Part shown: positions 24,810 to 35,103 of the stretch, in pieces
Numbering within the stretch: the first letter of the stretch is position 1
How the letters are laid out: each line of letters starts with the position of its first letter
Assembly (NCBI GenBank): GCA_051971635.1
Contig: JBFPLN010000003.1
Location: forward strand, 32,001-96,000
Origin: Candidatus Atelocyanobacterium thalassae
GTDB lineage: Bacteria > Cyanobacteriota > Cyanobacteriia > Cyanobacteriales > Microcystaceae
Direction: 5' to 3'
DNA length: 64,000 bases
Notes under the pieces: model-generated
Database searches by the model: none
What the model saw: only the letters and a program-made list of their open reading frames with translations
What the model was told of the DNA's origin: nothing
Translations under genes and position numbers: made by a program

Positions 24810-25085
24810 ATGATTGACGCAACTGTCAATACAATTGAAGAATTTGATCTTTCTCGTGAAGAGAGAGTCATTGAAATTCAAAACCTCATTGAAACCTTGC
24901 GTATTGCTGATGAAATAGCTGAAAAAGGCTATTTAATTACCAGTTCCGAATTAGCTGATTTAATGGATATTAATGCTAGTGCTGTTACAAGTCGTGGTGA
25001 TCATTGGTCATGGCGAAACTGGGTAGTTTCTAGAGTTCGTAGAGAAGGAAACCAAATTCTTTGGCAACTAGAAAAGATTGATTAA
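24810..25085 (+). CDS. Small hypothetical protein, possible HTH
   Basis: Non-biased composition; ITSSELADLMDINASAVTSRG..WSWRNW..RVRREGNQILWQ resembles a conserved cyanobacterial protein. Confidence 0.75.
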   Translation: MIDATVNTIEEFDLSREERVIEIQNLIETLRIADEIAEKGYLITSSELADLMDINASAVTSRGDHWSWRNWVVSRVRREGNQILWQLEKID

Positions 25086-25381
25086 AAGTTAGAGACTTTT
25101 AGTACTATGAAATAAAAGTCTAGATATAGACTAATTTAATCTTTGAATACTGACCGCAAATTACTCTTAACAATTGAATTATATTTAAAGACTAAGAAGT
25201 TATGCTTGTCAAAATATTAGGTTTCCTAATATAGTTCATATTATTTATTGAGAATATGATAAAAATGTTACACTAATCATATTCTCTCTTTCCCATTTTT
25301 TATTAAGTTTTTGACACATAGATATACTTTGATAAGGTTCATGCTCAAATATAAATTTATGCTGAGGATTTAAGGATAATA

Positions 25382-26395
25382 GTGATACAGTCTATGCTTA
25401 GTAAAGTCAAGTCCAAGAAAGTCCTTAATATTCATGTACTTTCTGTTTTTACTTCTATTTCTGTTCATATCTTAGCTTTATTTCTGGCCAATCTTAACTT
25501 GAATAATATACTGTTTGTTAAACAAAAAACAGTACATAAAAATTCTGAAAGTGTTCAGGTAGTAGAGTTAGATCCTATTGAAGAAGTTGAAACGTTAGCT
25601 CAACCTTTACAGTCTTTGAATATTCAGAATTCCTCTAAATATAATAATTCAGCAATAATACCTAAAACTTTCCTTCCAGATACTCCTAAACGCTTATCCA
25701 CCTCTCCAATAACGAATTTTGCAGAAGACAAGAATGATACTTTGACAAAAGATAAACCAGTTATTAAACCAACAAATAAACCTACGAAAAATAATTTAAG
25801 GGAGAATGAAATTAAAGAAATAGAGTTACCTAAAAAAAAATTATTGAATGATAAACCTGTAGATGAAAGTGAAGATATTAACACTCAACAAAAAGAACAA
25901 CTAGGTGAATCAATTCAAGAGTATTCGTCCTTTGAGAAACTTCGTATAAAACAAATGCGACAGAATAAAATTGCAGAAAATCTATTAAAAGAAACATTAA
26001 AGGGATCTGAAAAATTAATTTATAATCACATAGGTACCCAAAGAGCAGAAGCTAGACAAAAAGATATAGAATGGATGCAAAAAACAGGAATAGCTTTAAA
26101 GCTGAATCAAATGATAACTATTGAAGGCAGTTATCCAAAAAGCGCCTGTAATTTAAACTTAAGAGGCTCTGCTGTTTATAATATCTTTGTAAATAAAAGT
26201 GGAAAATTAAATGGTTCACCTTTTATGACACAAAGTTCAGGCTATGGTATTTTAAACGATCAAGGATTAGATGATATAAAATCATATAATTTTTCTCAAT
26301 CGACTAGAGTACGTGTTATATTTCAACCCAATTATGATAAATGCCCTAATTTAACTAAGATAGATAGTCCTATGTCACCTTCTGATTTAAATTAA
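25382..26395 (+). CDS. TonB-like protein (N-terminal TM anchor, linker, TonB C-terminal-like domain)
   Basis: SISVH (SxxxH) TM segment; YPKSAC..L.G and QSSGYGILN C-terminal motifs. Confidence 0.6.
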   Translation: MIQSMLSKVKSKKVLNIHVLSVFTSISVHILALFLANLNLNNILFVKQKTVHKNSESVQVVELDPIEEVETLAQPLQSLNIQNSSKYNNSAIIPKTFLPDTPKRLSTSPITNFAEDKNDTLTKDKPVIKPTNKPTKNNLRENEIKEIELPKKKLLNDKPVDESEDINTQQKEQLGESIQEYSSFEKLRIKQMRQNKIAENLLKETLKGSEKLIYNHIGTQRAEARQKDIEWMQKTGIALKLNQMITIEGSYPKSACNLNLRGSAVYNIFVNKSGKLNGSPFMTQSSGYGILNDQGLDDIKSYNFSQSTRVRVIFQPNYDKCPNLTKIDSPMSPSDLN

Positions 26396-26651
26396 ACCAC
26401 AGATCACTTACATATCAGAAAATAAATCCAACTTATATTCAGACTATATATTTTTGCCAAAATTACTATTACTGAATGTTTCATTTCAATATTTCTTATA
26501 TCATAGTTTTTAAGTCAATCAAGGCTGATATATTGTAAGTTGCGCAAGCTCGCAACATGAAGTATAAAAACTAGATTTTATAAGCTAAAAAAACATATCC
26601 AATATTTTAAAATTTTTGGAAAAATTAGATATCAACCGCTTTTATAATTAA

Positions 26652-27134
26652 TTAACCATTATAGCTGTAGTATAGTTGAAGATCTTGGGCAACGTTAATA
26701 GGTACAAGGTGAGAAATACAGCCACCAAATTGAGCAATTTCTTTAACTGTACTACTACTTAAAAAACTATATTCTTTATTAGTCGCTAAGAAGACAGTCT
26801 CTAGTTCTTTAGCGAGGGTCTTGTTTGTGTGTGCCATTTGTAATTCTTTTTCAAAATCAGAAAGAACTCTTAAACCTCTTAACAAAACTTTAGCTTGGTG
26901 AACTTTTGCACAATCTACAGTCAGTCCTGTAAAGCTATCTACCTCAATTCTAGATAGATGTCTAGTACACTGACTAATTTGTTGTACCCTTTTCTCTACA
27001 GAAAATAAAGAATGTTTACTAGGATTGCATAAAACTGCAACAATCACTTTTTCAAACAAAATAACTCCTCGTTCAATAATGTCGAGATGACCGAAGGTAA
27101 TAGGATCAAAACTTCCTGGATAAATAGCTATCAT
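26652..27134 (-). CDS. coaD: Phosphopantetheine adenylyltransferase
   Basis: [31 protein letters not shown]. Confidence 0.97.
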   Translation of the reverse strand: MIAIYPGSFDPITFGHLDIIERGVILFEKVIVAVLCNPSKHSLFSVEKRVQQISQCTRHLSRIEVDSFTGLTVDCAKVHQAKVLLRGLRVLSDFEKELQMAHTNKTLAKELETVFLATNKEYSFLSSSTVKEIAQFGGCISHLVPINVAQDLQLYYSYNG

Positions 27135-27322
27135 AATCTTATTGAATTGGAATGAAATTATAAATTAAACTATTGATGATAGTTATACTAAGATAATATA
27201 TTATCTATTACTTAGTATTGTTCTCGTAAAATGCATATAATATGTCCTATTGAGTCAAAAATTGCTGTAGAGTAACTGATATAGATGATACAAAAAATGG
27301 TTGAGACTACAGACAGTAAAAC

Positions 27323-28252
27323 ATGGTGATGACAGGTAAAGATCATGTGACGCAGTTCGAAACATCTCGTTTCGATCTAGTGTCTTATCTTAAAGAGAAA
27401 AAACAATTAGTTGAAGCTGCTCTAGACGCTTCTATCCCTATTACTTGTCCTGAAAAAATCTACGAAGCAATGCGCTATTCTCTTCTTGCAGGAGGGAAAA
27501 GGTTGCGCCCTATTCTATGCTTAACTACTTGTGAGCTTATGGGGGGAACAGTTAAGATGGCACTTCCAACAGCTTGTGCTTTAGAAATGATTCATACTAT
27601 GTCTCTTATCCACGATGATCTTCCTGCTATGGATAATGATGATTATCGTCGAGGACAACTAACAAATCACAAGGTTTATGGAGAAGACATAGCTATACTT
27701 GCAGGTGATGCCTTGTTGTCATATGCTTTTGAGCATGTTGCTACTCAAACTTGTAATGTTTCTTTAATAAACTTAGTAGATGTTATAGCTCGTCTAGGTC
27801 GTACTGTTGGAGCGGAAGGATTGGTTGGAGGTCAAGTTTTAGACTTAGAATCTGAAGGTAAGTCTGATATAACATTAGATACTTTAAAATTTATCCATGT
27901 TCATAAAACAGGTGCTTTACTAGAAACTTCAGTAGTATCTGGAGCAATTTTAGCAGGAGCTAACCTAGAAGATATAGAGCGCCTTTCTCATTATGCACAG
28001 AATATTGGCTTAGCTTTTCAAATTATTGATGACATATTGGATATAACTTCTACTCAAGCAGAATTAGGAAAAACTGCTGGAAAAGATAAACAGGCTCAAA
28101 AAGCTACTTATCCAAGCCTGTGGGGTTTAGAAGAGTCGCAAAAACAAGCTCAAATTCTAATAGAAGACGCAATAGCTCAGCTAGCTCCTTATGGTAAGGA
28201 AGCATATCCTCTAGAAGCTATTGCTAGATTTATCGTTTCTCGCAAAAATTAA
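27323..28252 (+). CDS. crtE: Geranylgeranyl diphosphate synthase
   Basis: [21 protein letters not shown] (FARM), FQIIDDILD (SARM). Confidence 0.95.
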   Translation: MVMTGKDHVTQFETSRFDLVSYLKEKKQLVEAALDASIPITCPEKIYEAMRYSLLAGGKRLRPILCLTTCELMGGTVKMALPTACALEMIHTMSLIHDDLPAMDNDDYRRGQLTNHKVYGEDIAILAGDALLSYAFEHVATQTCNVSLINLVDVIARLGRTVGAEGLVGGQVLDLESEGKSDITLDTLKFIHVHKTGALLETSVVSGAILAGANLEDIERLSHYAQNIGLAFQIIDDILDITSTQAELGKTAGKDKQAQKATYPSLWGLEESQKQAQILIEDAIAQLAPYGKEAYPLEAIARFIVSRKN

Positions 28253-28270
28253 AATTCTTAGCTATTAATT

Positions 28271-28729
28271 ATGCAGGATTTTGAAACAATTATTCACAAC
28301 AAAATACTGTTGGTATCTTTATTAGCTTGTTTTTCTGCCCAAGGATTAAAATTTTTTATTGAGTTAATTTATAATCGAAAAATTAATTTTAATTCTTTAA
28401 TTAGTACAGGTGGAATGCCGAGTGCACACTCGGCATTAGTGGGATCACTAGCTACCAGTATTGGATTAACTGAAGGTTGGGAAAGTTCTGAATTTGCCAT
28501 TACTTGCCTATTCGCTATTGTTGTTATGTATGATGCAACTGGTATACGTCAAGCAGCTGGTAAACAAGCTCAAATCCTTAACCAATTAATTGATTCATTT
28601 CGAGACAATATTTTTTACCTGAATACAGAAGAACGATTAAAAGAATTGCTAGGACATACACCAGTTCAAGTACTAGTAGGCTTAAGCTGGGGAATATGGA
28701 TTTCAGTATTAGCAATAACAGTATTTTAG
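28271..28729 (+). CDS. Divergent PAP2 family membrane protein (DUF212)
   Basis: GGMPSAHSA, VMYDATGIR..AG.QA, LKELLGHTP; usual neighbour of crtE. Confidence 0.9.
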   Translation: MQDFETIIHNKILLVSLLACFSAQGLKFFIELIYNRKINFNSLISTGGMPSAHSALVGSLATSIGLTEGWESSEFAITCLFAIVVMYDATGIRQAAGKQAQILNQLIDSFRDNIFYLNTEERLKELLGHTPVQVLVGLSWGIWISVLAITVF

Positions 28730-29395
28730 TTTTTTAAATATGTAAATATTATTAAGTAAACATTATGTTGTCCTACAAAAAGTGCAAATTCAAGAGTATT
28801 TTTACTATCATGGTGGATATATATCGCATTGAAATTGATCAAAAATTAGTGATAGATTGTGAATTTTCTATGTTTAAAGAATATTTACTTAACACAATTG
28901 GATCGATAAATAGAAAATTTTGTTAACGTATGAATATAAAGCTCTAATTCTTTGTCTGCTAAAAGTAAAAGTATTATTTATTGTCGAACAGCCTAAAATG
29001 GATAAACATTTTATTTAGACATAACGTCCTTTTACAGTAGCTAAGATTTGAACTCTTGTTCTAAATTTTTAACTTCAATCAAAGCTGTTCTAAGTAAAAA
29101 TAAGCAGAATTTTGGTGCAGTTAAAGCAAAAATTGTTCTCGAACCTTTGTATTCGAGGCTAAAATTAGGTGAATATTCAGTTCTCCTATTAGAAATTATG
29201 TGATTTGGATAATAATTAAATAAGCACAACTATTAAAATAGGTGCTATTTTGATTAAAAAGAATCCCATGTATCTGGTCTCGTTTCAGAAGGTTAAATTT
29301 ATTCTAAAATGGTTGACCTAGACTTGTTTACTTAAACCAACTGTAATTTACCTTTATCTTCTAATTTTATATAGAAGAAGCGAGAGGAAAACGCC

Positions 29396-30661
29396 ATGAC
29401 GCAGGCTAACGACCTATTAACCCTTACTGAATCTCAGATGGAAGTAACGTTCTTTATTGATGAAGATATAAATGAAACAAATAGTGATTCTATTAACAGT
29501 ATCACTACCGAGCCAGATGGTAAAAAAACGCGAAAGATTAGTGCTTCTCGTCGTCGAGATCCTAGTAAAAAAAAGCCTTATACAGAGGATTCAATTCGGG
29601 TTTATTTGCAAGAAATAGGTCGTATTCGACTCTTGCGTGCTGAAGAGGAGATCGAGCTAGCTCGTAAAATAGCTGATTTATTACAACTTGAACGTATTAA
29701 AGAAGCTTTATGGGAAGAACTAGATCAGGTTCCTAATGATGAACAATGGGCTAAAAGAATTTTTCAATGGGAAAATATTGAACAAATAATTCGCACTCAA
29801 TCTTCTAAAGATAAGGAGCCAAAATGGTCTGAAGTAACTAATATGTTACAAGAAAAGAAAACAATTTCTAATTTAGAAAAAATATGGGAATTAGAACAAA
29901 AAGCTTATCTTCCTAAATTTAAACGTCGTTTATATTTAGGACGCAAAGCTAAAGACAAAATGGTTCATTCCAATCTCCGTTTAGTTGTCTCTATAGCTAA
30001 AAAATATATGAACCGTGGTCTTTCCTTCCAAGATCTAATTCAAGAAGGTTCTTTAGGTTTAATTAGAGCAGCTGAAAAATTTGATCATGAAAAAGGTTAT
30101 AAATTTTCTACCTACGCAACTTGGTGGATTCGTCAAGCTATTACAAGAGCCATAGCTGATCAATCAAGAACTATTCGTCTTCCTGTTCATCTATATGAAA
30201 CCATTTCTCGTATTAAAAAAACCACTAAGCTCTTATCTCAAGAAATGCGTCGTAAACCAACTGAAGAAGAAATTGCTACTAGAATGGAAATGACTATTGA
30301 AAAATTGCGTTTCATTGCTAAATCAGCACAGTTACCAATTTCTTTAGAAACTCCTATAGGGAAAGAAGAAGATTCTCGATTAGGTGATTTTATTGAAGCA
30401 GATGGAGAAACTCCAGAAGATGAAGTTGCTAAAAATCTTCTTCGGGAAGACTTAGAAAACGTCCTAGATACCCTTAGTCCAAGAGAAAGAGATGTTTTAC
30501 GGCTTAGATACGGATTAGATGATGGAAGAATGAAGACTTTAGAAGAAATTGGTCAAATTTTTAACGTTACTCGTGAACGTATTCGACAAATAGAAGCTAA
30601 AGCTCTAAGAAAACTTAGACATCCTAATCGTAATAGTGTTCTTAAAGAATATATTCGTTGA
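29396..30661 (+). CDS. sigA: Principal RNA polymerase sigma factor
   Basis: [61 protein letters not shown]. Confidence 0.97.
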   Translation: MTQANDLLTLTESQMEVTFFIDEDINETNSDSINSITTEPDGKKTRKISASRRRDPSKKKPYTEDSIRVYLQEIGRIRLLRAEEEIELARKIADLLQLERIKEALWEELDQVPNDEQWAKRIFQWENIEQIIRTQSSKDKEPKWSEVTNMLQEKKTISNLEKIWELEQKAYLPKFKRRLYLGRKAKDKMVHSNLRLVVSIAKKYMNRGLSFQDLIQEGSLGLIRAAEKFDHEKGYKFSTYATWWIRQAITRAIADQSRTIRLPVHLYETISRIKKTTKLLSQEMRRKPTEEEIATRMEMTIEKLRFIAKSAQLPISLETPIGKEEDSRLGDFIEADGETPEDEVAKNLLREDLENVLDTLSPRERDVLRLRYGLDDGRMKTLEEIGQIFNVTRERIRQIEAKALRKLRHPNRNSVLKEYIR

Positions 30662-30961
30662 GGTTTATTTTGGAGATATTCTATATAGGTAAGCATCAAG
30701 ATTGCTTATAAAGATAAATAGGCAACAAATACTAAATATAAATTCTTGTTGCCTAAATTATCTAATTAACAAGTTCCTAAAATAATTAGTCATGAGAAGA
30801 AAAAATAATGATAAATATCAATCTTTAGTATCTCTTGGATATAGCTTTAGAAACTGAATTTATTAGATATAAAGCTCAAATAGTTTCAACATAGCTCTTT
30901 TTATAGTAATAAAGACTAAAGATAATATCAAAAAGATTTATTACAATATAAATATAATAAT

Positions 30962-32224
30962 ATGACGACACCACCTGATTTTTCTTCTAATTCATCTTTG
31001 GATACTAATGATCAGGAAGTTCCACCTTCCCTATTATCAAGTTTTAAGTATAAAAAACTATCAAATCTAAGCTCTATATCTTTCCAAGAATCAAAGAAAC
31101 CCCTATATTTGCAAGAAGTTCAGTCTTCTAACCTTTGGTTATTTTTTATAATGCTTGGTTTGATGGCTGCTGGATTAGCATTTAACTTACCTTTCATAGG
31201 ATTAACTAGTGCTTTAATAGCATTATTTCTATCTTTACGCTCAATGCTTCCCTGTCTCTATAATTGGTTTATTAGATATCTTAATTCTAAAGAAAGAGAT
31301 ATTATAATTAGCCTTATTGTTTTTATTTTATCTTTGGCAGGTATATTTTATTATATTGGTATTTATCAAACTATTGGAAACTGGTTAGATCAATTTAAAT
31401 ATGATGAATTTGGCTCTTGGGCTGAATGGGTTGGAGCCTTAGGACAAATAATGATTGCTATATTAGCTGTTTACGTTGCTTGGGCTCAATATGTAATTTC
31501 TAAAGATTTAACTTTACAACAAAATAGAATTACTCAACAACAAACTATTGATACTTACTTTCAAGGTATTTCTGATTTAGTATTAGATGGAGAGGGAATG
31601 TTAGAAGATTGGCCTCAAGAACGCTCCATAGCAGAAGGGAGAACTGCCGCAATCTTAAGTAGTGTAGATAAAATTGGAAAAACAAAAATTTTAAAGTTTC
31701 TTTCTCAATCTAGACTTTTAACCCCACTTATGAGGGATAGTCGTTTAGGAAGACCAATTTTGGATGGTTCTGGTGGTTATGCTGAGGATCGTGAAAATGG
31801 AATTCGTGTTATTAATTTAGGTGTGATGCTAGCAGAAATTGATTTGTCGGATCAAGATTTAAGATGGACAGATTTAAGCGAGGCTAATATGGTACGTGTA
31901 GATTTAAGTCGTTGTGATCTAGTAAAAGCAAATTTATCTCGTACAATATTGTATGATGCTAATCTTCAAGAAGCTGATCTTAAAAATACTCGTTTGTTTT
32001 ATGGCTTAGGTGAAACTGCTAGTCCACGCTCAAGAATTCATCCTCCTGATTATAAAACAGGAGCATACACAGGAGTAGTAATCGAAAACTGTAATCTGTC
32101 TAAGACTAAAAATTTAACCAAAGACCAACATTATTATTTATGTGCTTGGGGAGGAGAACATACCCGAGGAACGATCCCAGGAGGATGTCATAATATTCCC
32201 AATAAATTAAATAAATATAAATAA
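30962..32224 (+). CDS. Membrane-anchored pentapeptide repeat protein
   Basis: Several N-terminal TM helices; DLSDQ/DLRWT/DLSEA/NLSRT pentapeptide repeats. Confidence 0.85.
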   Translation: MTTPPDFSSNSSLDTNDQEVPPSLLSSFKYKKLSNLSSISFQESKKPLYLQEVQSSNLWLFFIMLGLMAAGLAFNLPFIGLTSALIALFLSLRSMLPCLYNWFIRYLNSKERDIIISLIVFILSLAGIFYYIGIYQTIGNWLDQFKYDEFGSWAEWVGALGQIMIAILAVYVAWAQYVISKDLTLQQNRITQQQTIDTYFQGISDLVLDGEGMLEDWPQERSIAEGRTAAILSSVDKIGKTKILKFLSQSRLLTPLMRDSRLGRPILDGSGGYAEDRENGIRVINLGVMLAEIDLSDQDLRWTDLSEANMVRVDLSRCDLVKANLSRTILYDANLQEADLKNTRLFYGLGETASPRSRIHPPDYKTGAYTGVVIENCNLSKTKNLTKDQHYYLCAWGGEHTRGTIPGGCHNIPNKLNKYK

Positions 32225-32298
32225 ACTATTAATTTCTAGCTTTTAGAAAAATCTTAGGTTAAATTTATAGACTATATATTTTTTAGGAGAGCAGGCTT

Positions 32299-32670
32299 AT
32301 GACTTTTCAAGAGTTTTGTTTACTTTTAGCTTCTGTACTTGCAAGTGCTTTAGGTCAACTATTTTTAAAAATGGGAGCTCTGAAGTTAGGTAAAGTTAAT
32401 TCTGTCAATATCATAAGTCATATTTCAAAAATTATTAGCGTTCCAGAATTACTTTTAGGACTATCTTGTTACGGCTTAGGCGCGATCGCATATATTCTAT
32501 TATTGACTCGTGTTAATCTAAGCATTGCTGGACCATCTGCATCGATTATTTATATATTTTCAGTTCTAATTGGCTATTTTATGTTTAAAGAAGTCATTCC
32601 TATTTATCGTGCTTTTGGTCTTGGACTAGTAGTATTTGGTGTCATCTTAGTTGTTTGGAAACCTAATTAA
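32299..32670 (+). CDS. EamA/SMR-like small membrane transporter
   Basis: 123 aa, 4 TM helices; GQLFLKMG, LTRVNLSIAGP, FKE. Confidence 0.75.
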   Translation: MTFQEFCLLLASVLASALGQLFLKMGALKLGKVNSVNIISHISKIISVPELLLGLSCYGLGAIAYILLLTRVNLSIAGPSASIIYIFSVLIGYFMFKEVIPIYRAFGLGLVVFGVILVVWKPN

Positions 32671-32691
32671 ACACTACTTAAGACATAGTGC

Positions 32692-32721
32692 TTGTCAAAG
32701 TATCAATACTTGTGCTAATAT
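32692..32721 (+). promoter_or_regulatory. Candidate sigma70 promoter for tRNA-Arg
   Basis: TTGTCA-18 nt-TAATAT with TG extension, ending 21 nt upstream of the tRNA. Confidence 0.4.
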
Positions 32722-32742
32722 AAGTACTTGGCTGCTTAACAA

Positions 32743-32817
32743 GGGCTTGTAGCTTAGTTGGATTAGAGCGCGTGGCTACGAACCACGAGGTCGGGGGTTC
32801 GAGTCCCTCCAAGCCCA
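32743..32817 (+). tRNA. trnR: tRNA-Arg (anticodon ACG), CCA not encoded
   Basis: Acceptor stem gggcttg/caagccc; anticodon arm cgtgg-ctACGaa-ccacg; T-loop ggttcgag. Confidence 0.97.
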
Positions 32818-32950
32818 TATTGTTGGATAATACTGTATGCAAAAATTACGACTGTATCTTAAATGGATAAATTCTATAAGAAAACTTTAAGATACAATTG
32901 TAATTTTTCTATTAAGGGTATATTTAAATAAATAAAAATTATTAGGTGTA

Positions 32951-33271
32951 ATGTCAAAGAGATATACAGTGGAAATTTCTCATCAAGAAACTAACTATGT
33001 TATCCAAGTTTCTGAAAATGAAAAAATTTTAGAATCAGCTAGAGAAGCTGGTGTTGAACTACCATTATCTTGTGAGGCAGGTGTATGTACAACTTGTACT
33101 GCTCAGATATTAGAAGGTAAGGTAGAGCAAGGAGAAGGGATGGGTTTATCTCCTCAACTTCAAAGTGAAGGTTATGCTCTATTATGTGTTTCATATCCTC
33201 GATCTGATTTAAAGCTAGTTACTGAAAAAGAAGATAAAGTATACGATAGACAATTTTCACCAAGTAATTAA
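32951..33271 (+). CDS. Plant-type 2Fe-2S ferredoxin (minor paralog)
   Basis: LPLSCEAGVCTTC...LLCVSYPRSD. Confidence 0.92.
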   Translation: MSKRYTVEISHQETNYVIQVSENEKILESAREAGVELPLSCEAGVCTTCTAQILEGKVEQGEGMGLSPQLQSEGYALLCVSYPRSDLKLVTEKEDKVYDRQFSPSN

Positions 33272-33323
33272 TTTTCAAAGTGTAAGCTAAGTTCAGATAA
33301 TTGATTTACTTCATATAAGTTTT

Positions 33324-35054
33324 TCAATTACAAATGTATCTCTCATATTGATAGCCATCAATATGAGGATATTCTTTTGTATCAAAATCGCAATTTTTAA
33401 GCTTAATAGAGTCTTTAAAGTTAATAGTCCAAACTTCTAAGGGATCTTTACTACTTTCAATAATCGTTTGTAAAGTTTTAGTTTTTTGAGAGGAATCTTT
33501 ATTGATTAGCAGAAAAGAAGTGTTTATTAATTTCTGACTATTTTGTAATTCTAATCCTATCCCCATCATCTCTCCTGTTTGAACTAAACTTTTATGAGTA
33601 GTAACAATTACAGCATTATGAGATACTGTCTTTTCAAAAATATTAACAAACTGTTCAGGTCTATAGTATTTCTGATATCCTAAATTCACTAATACTGTTA
33701 CTGAGCCTAGTAATCCCATGATCCATACAGTATAAAAAATCATCTTCTTATTTGATGAGATACGGGGATTAATTCTTAATAGTTGATTCTGTATATTATT
33801 ATCATGCCAAGAGATTGCTAAAATTCCTCCCATAAGTGCTATTACAGCCGGGAAATAGGTAAAACTATAACGTGCACCACGAGTTAAATCTAGTTTAGCT
33901 AAATAAGTAATTATCAAGAAAAGGCTAACAACTCCAGAGATAAAAAATATAAATATAATTAAAGGCGAGCGAAATTGTTTATTTTTTAAACCGACTTTTG
34001 TTTCTTGTAAGATACGAGGTGTTAAAAAGATAAAAAATAATAATAAAATTAATCCGGATAGAATTACTATAGGAATAGAAGAAGATTCCACTGGCAAAAG
34101 TGAAATCATTGGGATCCAAACAGCTAATAATTGAAAAGGAGGACTAATAAAATATAGAAGATTGTTAACTGGGTGAATCCAATCAATCATATCATTACCA
34201 TATCCCTTAGGTATTATAGCTAGCAACCACATTAGCCCTATGGAAAAAGTTCCTAGAATCACTAAAAGAATACGATGGTAATTTACTTTCCTTAAATTTG
34301 ATGATCTTTTCTGTAATTGATTATGAGTTAAAAATATTAAAGTTATAATTTCTGATATCAAGGTTAAACAAAAAAAGTAATGAATAGATAATCCAATACT
34401 ATTAACCAGCAACCAAATGAAAACTAACCAATAAGGAATAATTAATTCTTCTTCAATTCTCTTAATTGCAATAATTAAACACAGTAAAGATGCTATGACA
34501 AACAAGATTGCAAATGTATAGTGTCGCGCTTCTTGTGCAAGATAGATACCATATGGGGATACTGCCATTAAGGCTGCACTAATTTGTCCAGCTAACCGAG
34601 AACGAAAACTAATAGAACTTAAAAAATAAATTCCAGGAATAGAAAGAACACCAAGAAAAGCAGGCAGTGTTCTCATTATTCCAATATCAATATTTTTGAT
34701 AATTCCTAAATAAAATAGTAAATTTATCCATAAGTGATTGAAAACAAAGTATAGAGGAGGATGATTATCCTCTTCTAATAATAGAGATATAACGTCACCA
34801 ACACCTACATTAGCGTTGAAGTGTAATGGTTGCAAAAGTGTATTTAATGAAATAAGCTGATTCAGAGGTACTGTACGAAAATCATTTCCTAAACTAAAAA
34901 CCATAGTGGCAAATTCATCAGTCCATGGTGGCTTAGCACTTAAGTTAGTAAATCTAAGAATGCTGCCAATTATTATCCAAAAAACTAATAGAATCCAATT
35001 ATTTATATAAAGTAACTGATTAATCCATTGCCTATATAATTTAACTTTTAGCAC
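33324..35054 (-). CDS. GT-C fold membrane glycosyltransferase (family 39/PMT-like)
   Basis: PPWTDE, HPPLYF, AVSPYGIYLAQEARHY; multiple TM helices. Confidence 0.85.
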   Translation of the reverse strand: MLKVKLYRQWINQLLYINNWILLVFWIIIGSILRFTNLSAKPPWTDEFATMVFSLGNDFRTVPLNQLISLNTLLQPLHFNANVGVGDVISLLLEEDNHPPLYFVFNHLWINLLFYLGIIKNIDIGIMRTLPAFLGVLSIPGIYFLSSISFRSRLAGQISAALMAVSPYGIYLAQEARHYTFAILFVIASLLCLIIAIKRIEEELIIPYWLVFIWLLVNSIGLSIHYFFCLTLISEIITLIFLTHNQLQKRSSNLRKVNYHRILLVILGTFSIGLMWLLAIIPKGYGNDMIDWIHPVNNLLYFISPPFQLLAVWIPMISLLPVESSSIPIVILSGLILLLFFIFLTPRILQETKVGLKNKQFRSPLIIFIFFISGVVSLFLIITYLAKLDLTRGARYSFTYFPAVIALMGGILAISWHDNNIQNQLLRINPRISSNKKMIFYTVWIMGLLGSVTVLVNLGYQKYYRPEQFVNIFEKTVSHNAVIVTTHKSLVQTGEMMGIGLELQNSQKLINTSFLLINKDSSQKTKTLQTIIESSKDPLEVWTINFKDSIKLKNCDFDTKEYPHIDGYQYERYICN

Positions 35055-35103
35055 TGAAATTCCTCTTTATCAAACTATACATAAAATAACCTAAATTTAA
35101 AAT

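Noticed and set aside
29041..29229. 62-aa ORF in the long spacer before sigA
   Set aside because: No motif or RBS; the spacer is better explained as the sigA promoter and leader region
29730..29910. Insertion in SigA between regions 1.2 and 2.1
   Set aside because: A comparable insertion occurs in Synechocystis-type SigA; it is a lineage marker, not an intein or novelty
32818..32950. tRNA-anchored genomic island
   Set aside because: No integrase, no duplicated tRNA 3' end seen, and flanking genes are ordinary
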